NCBI RefSeq assembly: GCF_001949145.1
Contig: NW_019091356.1
Coordinates: 1,863,673-1,927,666, forward strand
Length of the DNA: 63,994 nucleotides
From: Acanthaster planci
Taxonomy: Eukaryota
Direction of reading: 5' to 3'
How positions within the stretch are numbered: the stretch's first letter is position 1; the number at the start of each line of letters is the position of its first letter. Shown in pieces: positions 1 through 10,100 of this stretch. Made by a program: the position numbers and the translations under genes. Below the pieces are notes generated by a model, which saw only the letters and a list, made by a program, of their open reading frames with translations, was not told the DNA's origin and made no database searches.

Positions 1-1135
1 TTAGAATCCCGCTACAGTCCTTGTTCACTAACAAATTCAGGATTACATCAATTATTACAGATAGACCCCTACTGAGTGGCAGCACTGCCCTAGTATTGAA
101 AAGTCAACGGGCAAACCCAACTCAACCAGAGCAATTCTCAAGGCCGAAAAAAACTTGTTGAGCACAAACAACGTATGCGTTCAACTTGGAGATATATTTC
201 AACGAATATTTCAGAGAGGTGGGTATATTTCCATTCCCCTGGCTTGCCAGAGACATGTAATGGCTCCAACAAGCAGGGCACTGATTCTCCTGGTACTCTT
301 CCCAATGCAATCTGGAGTTGTATTTGTAATGAGGAACATAAATCAAAATCTGTGAAGATTTCTCAGTAAAATATGTTCATTTCTGAAAAAAAAGTAACAA
401 AAAACTTCAGATATGGAAAAGTGCATTCATCGTTCCACTGAATTTTCTCAAAAATCAAAATCAATTAAACTCTTCTGAAAACAAAGTAATATTATCAAAC
501 TGAAACAAGTGATCAATACCTCTGTAATTTCATTTCATAAAATTGTACAAGCAAAACAAGGATATGTAGTGGTCACATAACCATCAATTTCTTTCAAAAT
601 GTAATTATCTCAATAACTGTCAGTCACTAGGTTTTTCTTTTGGGGGGGTGCTTAACTTACACCCACTAATTTTTTTGTCTATGAAATGTTTTATTTCTAA
701 ATGTTTGCTCCAATCTCAAGGAAATGGAAATGAGGTTATGCAGATGTCAAACCCACATCTACCAATTTGAACAGTTGAAAGAGCCTATTATTAACTCTGC
801 CAATCGTGGGGTCAATCTACTTTTGCTGTAACATCTGACAGGATTATATAGCAAATACTGAAAAGCTTGGAATGTGTCAAACACAAACAAGATTATTCAC
901 TTTTTTCCACATTTTGAAGTTTACGGCCAGTTAACATTTTAACAAACCTGCCATTTACTGCACATGGCAATTCACTGGGTTGCACAAAGAAATTCAAGCG
1001 AGCATTTCACTTAGACTTTACTTACAAAAGTGCTGTAAGACATGGTTAATTTTTGTTTTTAGTTACATTGCCACAGAAAAGGCACAGACACGCTGTTACT
1101 TATGTCAACTTACCAATATGTGGGGAGACGGGGTA

Positions 1136-4100
1136 CTACATATCCGCATCCGAGCTCTCCACCAGGTGGATATGATCGTTGTGCCTGTGAGATCGCCGAC
1201 GGTACCACACCAGTGCCACGACGGCTGCCGCTACCATGACGACGGCGACCACACCCACAACTGCACCAATAGTTGCTGCAAGCAGGTGGACAAACAATCG
1301 TCAAAGTGCATGAGTGCCTGTTGTTAAAACACACGGCTTTTCAATATCTTCTTCCAATTCCTAACAAACTTGTACCCTATCGATAAATGTTGTTTGATTT
1401 TTTTCTCTGTTAGTAGTTACAGATCATTAGCACTTGCCAACAATAAATCGGTGTCATTTTGCGTACCTTTTTCCAGGGGGGGTCAGGTCAGAGATTTTGT
1501 TTCAATGTCTCATTTTTGCGGACAAGCAGAAATGATGATGACACATTATACGTGCCATTTACAATGGCATTGGTGCATTTACTTTAGTTGTTTTGTAATA
1601 TTTTCCCCAATTGTTTCCTTTTTTTGTCTCGGGGGGGGGGAGGGTTGGCCCCCCATGGATCTGCACCTGCACAACTATCCTTACCACAAGAATAATATGA
1701 CAAGATGAAATAAAACTACATAAGACTGGATTGACACAAAGCCTATAACCATAATGTGTGTGTGTGGGACTTACCGGCCTGTGAGTTGGGCTGGGTCGAC
1801 TTGCCAGGTTCGCCACCTCCACCTTTTGGGGGCTTGACAGGGTTATTGTTGGGGGGACCTGATTAGCGATTCCATCGTGTTAAAGAGGAAAAAATAAACA
1901 GTGACTTCAATTGTAGATGGTAAAAACAGGCATAATGGCACGCTCTTTTCGAACAAAACTCCCTACAACAACAAAGACAATGATGCTGCACTGTTTTGGG
2001 GCAGGATTGAACTTGTCGTACACTTGAAGAACTTGAATTTTGTATTATTGGTGTTTCTGTTTGTTTTGGCTGACTGTTTTCGATACATACCTGGTGAGGC
2101 AGCTTTGCAGACTTCATTAGGGTTGTCTGGAAATGGAACTGCCAATGCTAAAGATGGAAAAGGAATGAGTTGATGAAACCACTTTGGTTAACCACTTGCT
2201 GCCGGGGAGCCCAGTTTTGGGCACTTATTCTTTATATGCACAGCTGGGTGTCTGAATCGAACAAAGGGAACTGGGCCTTGTAACAAAAGACAGTACTCGT
2301 AGCAAAAGACCAGACTGCTGGGAATTACGCCAATTTTTCACTGTCAATAGTGGGAATGTAAATCCAGCATTTTTTAAACAGTATACCACTGTTTGAGGCA
2401 TTCATTGCGAGCGGAATACCACTGGGGACAACAGTGCTCCACCACCACACTAATAAGCCACACAGTACCACTTCAGGCTAATATGGCCCCCTGTTGAAAA
2501 GACATCAGCAGCGCACTGTGCCGGTTTCGGGAACAAAAGAAAATTACGTAACACTGAACAATCTGGGCTCTTTATACAAGGCAGCAGGCCTGGCTGAAAT
2601 ACTCCAGCATCCATAGATGTTGTCTGTCAGATTAGAGTAGAAACCAGACAGTCTTTGGTGTGGGTGTAAGTGCCCAGTAAATGAAGATATGAATTTGGAA
2701 AGAATTTTGAAAACAGAAAAAAATGAAAAATACTCTGGCCCAGCAGAAATAACATATTTATAAATGCCCCCGGCAGGATGTGGTTATTGGCATTAACTTG
2801 TGGGGTAAGTTAAAAGGCAGGTGTAGTAACGTGCCGCACCTACAACAGCACCGATGATGGCTTTAAAAACAGTAATCCCCCACCTCAAAACAGTAATCCT
2901 CTGTCCTAGGAAAAACTTGCTATTACTGTGCAAAAGAGACATTGTGGACCGTTTGACTTACTGCAAGGTTTGACGGGTACGATGCGATCTTGCACCAGGG
3001 GGATGGCGACGGTTCCTTCGGGTGTGTATCCCTTCAGAGTTAGGGCCAGCTCAACAGAACGGTTGCTCCGTCGCATAACTAGAAACTTGATCTCTCCACC
3101 AGAGAGGAGTTCCTCTACAATAAATAATTGATAAGCAGTGTACCATGAAAGAGGACAACAAAACCCATTCCGCCCAAAAATGAAACCGGTCTATCTGACC
3201 ATCTACGGCATACTGATTTTGCAATTTCGGCATAAAATTATGCATTCAGCATTTGTATTTGCAATGTGTATCACTGCCCGAATGTTCCCAGCCAGAAAAA
3301 TGATTACGCCGGAAAATCTACCAGACCACTGCACTGGGTAACGATTTCTCCACTTCAGTGGAAAATGTGGTGGAAACAAATGGTGCCTCAGGAATCGCCG
3401 GACACTGAAATTTGGCAAACCCTACAACAATGGGCGATATCACGAAGCACCACGCACATCTTACAGGGATTCGGTTAACTCAAATTCGGTGGCTACACCA
3501 TTAGGCAGAAACGTTGTTGAAACGAAAGAGGAGTAGGGTTTGTTTACAGTCTCTATTAACACTAGTAGTTTGGCCAAAACATTCCCAGGGAAATTACCAA
3601 CTGTGATGTAGGGATGCCGGCTTGCTCACCTGTTCAGTCATCAAGTCCGACGGCAACCGATTATTCATTAGTCAAATATAGCATCACAATCTCTGGAAAT
3701 TTTTGCACATGGCCCTCTCTCACACTGTATGGCTCAAAATAGAGTCAACAAAGTGTCACGTTTCCAATAAAGATTTTACTCACTGTTAATTGACAGGACA
3801 ATCCTTTAAGCTCTTGTAATATCATACAAATTATCCAGAATATAATCTCACCGATGGGAACAACTGCGTTGCACGTTATGTTTCTTGCCACATGGTAATT
3901 TTTGGATGTCTCACTGTCGATGGTGAGCAAGAGGCGAACTGGAGACTCACAGTGGAACATTTTCGTCTTGAATAAATACCGAACCTTTAAAGATGGAATG
4001 AGAGGAGAGACAGACTTCATAGAGCAAGAAACAGCCTGATTCAAGAAACTTGGAGGCATTATTAATATTGATCACCACAACATTAATCATTAGTCAACTA

Positions 4101-7100
4101 TTTCACGGGCCAAGTTCAAACGACACTTACACCGCTAGAAGTAAGGTTGCACGAAAAACCGTCACACGGATTGTGGTTGGCCTTGCAATTCATGCGGCCG
4201 TGGAAGACTTCATTGTTGTCGATGTCATCGGCTATGTCCCTAAAGGTTGTGCACTCGTCACTCACTCCTGGCAATGGGGTCAGGGAGGCAGGGGGTGTGA
4301 GAGTTGGTCCACGAGTCATCGGGTGATCTGCCATGGAGGAATCCAGCAAGGGCCTTGTAATTTCCAAACGCAAACGGTTGCCGCGCATTGTCACAAGATA
4401 AGCGTCAGACAATGCTTTTAGTGAACATCGTCACAAGGGCATACAGTCACTGGACCAGTCACAAGTAACAGGGTCAAACCTGAAGAAAGAATGGTTTTGT
4501 TACAGTTCGTTTGCGTAGCTTGTCACTTGAATTTGGGAGTCAGGTTGGCAAGGTAGTTCTTTCCTCACCTTCCACCTCTGTGGTCCCCGGGTTCGATTCC
4601 CGGCCCGGTCCACATGTGGATTGGGTTTTCAGTCCCTACCTGACTCCGTGGGTTTTACCCAGAATATTCCTCTGGGGTTTTCCTCCCACCTCTAAAACTT
4701 TAACTGCTTCTCACTGTCTCTACATTTGATGTTGGTGAATGTGGGTCGTTTGGCGGCTGCCCGAGGCGCCCTTGTATGCCATCATCTCAGCCATGTTTAA
4801 ATGTATTCATTGTACAGCGCATTTGAACATATCTCTATGAAATTTGCACTTTATAAATGAATTATTGTTATAATTAATTTGGACAAGAGGCCCTGTGCTG
4901 GTCTTGTGAGGTTTTGTCATGGTCTGAAGAAGTCTCGTCTACAATTCTGGTTTCAGAAGCTGAAGTTCCACACGAAGTGCCAAAATGTTTGTCCTAAGGG
5001 CTTATCTTTGACAGAACGATGTCATGAAATACACTGCATACTCACTGCTTTTGAAAAGCTAGTGAGAAAATGAAGTAGTAACAGTGAGTACCATTCTATA
5101 GAGAGCATAACTCCAAGACACTAAATTAGGGCACTGGACAAATATTCCTGTGCAGTAATCCCAGCCCCACATGTCCAGCTCAAAAGCATGGATGGTTTTT
5201 CTGCTTGACAAACCAGCAGACAGGAGGTCCTGCGTTCCAAACTTTTTCCTGGCATGTGCAAGCTTCGTGCAATTTTCCTGACAAGCTCTAAAAAATCACT
5301 TGCACATCACTTGTGATTTTTTTACCTTTCCCGTGTATCAAAGAAAAAATACAAAGTAACACCGTCGCATTAAAAGGAGTCGATTTGAGGGTGATATGGA
5401 CGGAATGAACAGGGAAGAGGAGGGTCAAAGTCATTGGACATGGGGATCAAAATATCAAGCCATCTCAATGAGCATCATGTTTTGTTGATCGGAAGAGGGC
5501 ATTCAAAAGTTTAATGAGGCATAAAAATTGTTAGGAATAGCACTTACCACACGGTGGTATAGGAACACGAGATTCGTTCAGGAACGTGTCCACCACTGGC
5601 TGTGGAAGTCCTGGAATGTGAACTGTCAGTTGGATCTGGGAAAACAAAAGGACCAAGCGTGAGTTAAAACACTCGCATGTGGTATTAATAAAAATGAAAC
5701 TTTGGCTGGTGGCTACTATGAGGTATTAGAATTATTATTGCTGGATCGCTGAGTATAAGTTTGTCATGTGGTTGCACATGCAAGTCTACATATGCCCTTC
5801 CCTCCCAAAATGGTTCAAAATCCACAATTTGTCAGTAAGTTGGGGATTCACAATCTGGGTTTCTGCCATGCTGCTGGCAACAAAGTCTTAACCACTTGCC
5901 ACCGGGTTTCCAGTAACGGACACGTATGCATTATACGCATGGCCGGGGTCTCCGAAATCGGACAAAGGGAACTGGGCCTTGTAACAAAAGATGGTACTCG
6001 GAACAAAAGACTAGGCTGCTGGGCATTACCAATATTTTTTCACTCTCAATAGTGGCGATAATCCAGCCTTGTTTTGAAACAGTATACCACGGTTTGGGGC
6101 ATTCAGTGCGAGCGGATTACCACCGGGGACAAAAGCACTCTACCACAGCAGCGATGAGCCACACAGCACCGCAGCATGTTAATCTGGCTCCTATTGAAAA
6201 GAGGTCAGCAGTGCACTGTGCCAGGTTCACAAACAAAAGAAAGTTACATAACACCGCACAATCTAGGTTCTTTTTACAAGGCTGCAGGCCTGGCTGAAAT
6301 ACTTGGGGGTCATAGATTTTGGCCGTCAGATTACAGGTTGACACACAGCAGAGAAAAACAGAACCCAAACAAGGCCCACTTCCCAATGTCACAGGCCAAA
6401 ATTTCTGCATCTGGATCCCAAACGTATTAGGAAAAGACAGAGCAGAGGTATGGCCGTCTCCACAGGAAAAATGATCTTACCGTGGTTAGGAAGTAATCGA
6501 TGTCCTCTGTGAAGGGATCCATTATGACGGTAATATTGGCTTGGACTCCCTCAGGCAGAGTAATGCCGTCCCCTTCTGTTTTGCGAGGGAAGATTTCATG
6601 AATGGGTTACAGAATGTTTTCTTGCCAGGAACGACAGCCCAGGAGCCCACTGTTAGAGGCAACTGGGTTACACATGGGGACAGGCCCTGTCCGTGTCTGG
6701 CGCTTGAGGTCTGCTTCCCAAGTTACAACCTCCGTAACTCTGCAAAACCTGCATGAACCGTGACGATGTCAAACACCAAGGGATTCTTCAACTTGTGTAT
6801 CGGCTTGGACTTCTTTGTTCCATTCTAGCAATTCTGGAATTCTGACTTAAATTTGCTGCCAAGCAAAGCTATGAATAATGGCCATATGAAATGTACATGG
6901 TCTGAACTGAGGATGAATGTAAGAAATAAGGGCATCGCAAGGGGACGGGGGTGAGGCAAAGAGAGGTACTCGATTTCATCTTGAGGAAAAAAAAAATTAT
7001 AAAAGAAAAAAAGGGGAGAAAAGCCAAAATAGAAAAGATGCAAGGGGATGCACATCACCCAATTGCTCCATCATTCTAGAACTTGACACCCTCCCACTGT

Positions 7101-10100
7101 TAACTGTTTATCAATTCTTAGCGATGCCCATATTAAGAACTGTTGTGTTCTAACTCAAACCATATTACCATATGGAAGAGCAAAATAATGGGTAACCACC
7201 AATCATTATCTGAAGTGTGAATCAAGAAGGGACAGAATAAATCTGTGATTTGTTTAGCGCCTGTAAAGGCATCCAAACTTACAGAATTGTCAGATTTGAG
7301 AAACTCACCAACAGGGACGGTCTCCGAACGGACGAATGGATGGGACCAGATATCCCGGCCATTTCTTTGAATGGTAATGGTGTATGAAATGGGTTCAGTG
7401 CAGCTGTCTAGCACTGATACTGCTGTGATTTCAAAAGACTTGTGGGCAGAAAAAAAAAGAACAAAGAGAGATTTTAGCTTGAGGCATGGATGCAATCAAC
7501 TGCATGCATATGGCAAATAATCCTGGTTGGAATACAGAAGTCTTTCATCAAAAAAGTTGCGATTTCTTGTTCCCAGATTTGACTTTAGAGTAATGCATGG
7601 CTGACTGATGGACACAGCCAAATTACAATTCTGAATTCCACATTAACATCGCACCTGTGTAGACCAATACTTCAGTCCAATTAATGGACAACATCGCATG
7701 ACCACAGCAAGTGATTCTTCCCAAAGTGTGCATCTCCTTAAACCGCAAGAGACATTATTTGAGAATTCTTCAACTGGCTTTCTGGAACAACTTACGACAG
7801 GACCGATGCCGATTGCTCCAGTGCATCTGAAACCCTTGCAGTCATCATCCTTCACGCACTGAAAATCGTGAGGTGGGTTCAGTCCAATGACAAGTTCTTG
7901 CATCCGTCGGCACTGCAAGCTTTGTTGGCCTATGATTACAAAAAAGGACTCTGTTGGACACCAAAGCTACATCCCTTAGTCGTAATGGTTAAAAAAAAAC
8001 CAGCCTGTAACTAGTTTCCAAAAGTAACGGCCCTGGGCACGTAATACAAAATGCTACAAAGTTGCCGAGCCAAAGTACCCACGAGCTAGCAATAAAGAAA
8101 TATACCAGAATTGACATCCACACACAAAGATGTTACAAGTTTTGTGCACATTCTGCTGAAAAACAGTCGAGCTTTCCCAACATGCTGACGCACTAGGCAC
8201 CATGCCCTTCTCCCAACAGCATCGGCATCTACATTGATCTCGGGTCCACTAGATCGCCACATTGTGAGATGACCAATTAAGCACACACCCGTAGAACATC
8301 TGACCTTTAGGATATTGCTCCTATAGATAACAAAGCACCCTTTCTACCAGTATTCAATCAGCCAACTATGACCTTTGACCTTCCAACCCAACCTCATCTA
8401 AATTCTTACCTGGGGCTTGGGTGGAGCAAGGCGGTGTTCTGATGAGTGTCGGAGATAAAATGGGAATCTCAAATAAAGGGAACCCATTGGCCAGGAGCAC
8501 AAGCTTCAGCTAAGGAGGGAAAACGTCGCTCAACCAATAAAATGTCCCATAAAGGCAACACCAGGTGCCTGAACTGCAAAGGAATCTTCTATTTTATTCA
8601 CTAATAAATTTACTGACACCATTAGGCTGCAGTGGCACCAGATTCCAACATGTACTCCTACACATGGAAAGCACACACGTATACATGTAGTTTGGAAAGT
8701 TAGAATGCAATAACGCCAGACTGGGCATGGACCAGTGGCGTCTGCATAACCTGTGTGCCAGTGTGCTGCCACCACGGCGATGACTTTAAAAAAAAACCTC
8801 TGATTTCACCGTTAGTCTATCTGGGAAGAACAATTCTACCGGTGCATGGCCAGCCTGTAATTAAATTTTAACCATTTAAGGTTCCCCAATCCACACCAAT
8901 CAAGAGACATGATTGACATGGCAGCAAGCCACTTTTTTCAAGTCATAGTCAATGCAACTCCAAGTCACAAAGATAGAAACTGGAGTCAATGGCTCTAGGA
9001 TATACAATACACTCTACTTAACATATTTAGCAGGTGAAGGGTTGAAGACATGAGGTATGTGACACGCTCCTACCACCTGCCATTGGTGATGTGCTCCCAC
9101 AAAGGGCTCTTGATTCTTATCGGTGAATCAGTGCAAGCGTGCCTGCATTCCTGATGCTCACTTTTGTTGCAAAGTTTCTGAAACAGAGTGCACGTCCAGC
9201 ACTTTCTCTGTCAGTGATGATCAATGCCATGTTTCAGTTTGAAACCTTAAAGATAAAGCATACTTACCCCAATTTGGAAGCCTTCTGAGACCTTCTCAAA
9301 CTGCACCTGGATGCCTACATTTAGGTCAATGAACGCCTGGTCGTACTGTAATCCTGACAGCCAAAGATAAGAATGGTTGATCAATAACACTCAAGGCAAC
9401 ATCTTCAATGGAAAATGGCAGGGCTAACGTTTGAGCATTAAAATAACTCTGAACAAAAAAATTGCTGATATTGAGATCCTTGGAAATTGGGGCTGACCGA
9501 TTTCAAGCTGTCGTATCTGCAATATCTCAACAAATCTTCCTCAATTGAATTGCCAAGTCTACATGTACTGGCCATGAATACCAGTTTTTGGAGACAAACA
9601 TCCCACAAGAGTTTGAAATGGCCTGTGAAATACCGTACATACATATCAATCCAATATACATGGACCAGTAGATGTACATGTACATGTGCACACTTCCTGA
9701 CCAACCTGGGATGGTGTAGGTATCCCCGTGGGTGACGGTTTCCTGGATGTAGGGCAAGTTGGTGTCCGGGTCCTGAACCAGAAGGAACATCTGGGGCGGA
9801 TCATCGCAAGGGTGCAGCTTGACCCTCAGCTCATTTCTCTGACCCTGCATCGCAAACAGCCAACAGAAAAATGCTGGCTTCAGGAATCTCATCGAGATTC
9901 ATTATTTCACAACAACAAACAAACAAACAAACAAACACCCCAACAAACAAACAAACAAACAAAATGAATCTACAGCACAGTGACAAAGAAAAAACTATCA
10001 GAGCAAAGATCAAGCATTGGTATGGAGGCCGCTTCCTTGAAAGTAGAAGCTCGTTGGGAGGGCTTTTGGTGAAACTTGAAAAAAAGAAGGACTGGTATTG

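Noticed and set aside
4420..4495. Strong-looking acceptor (TTCTTTCTTCAG) upstream of gene A exon 10
   Set aside because: Gives an in-frame TAA; the acceptor at 4328 matches gene B and keeps the frame.
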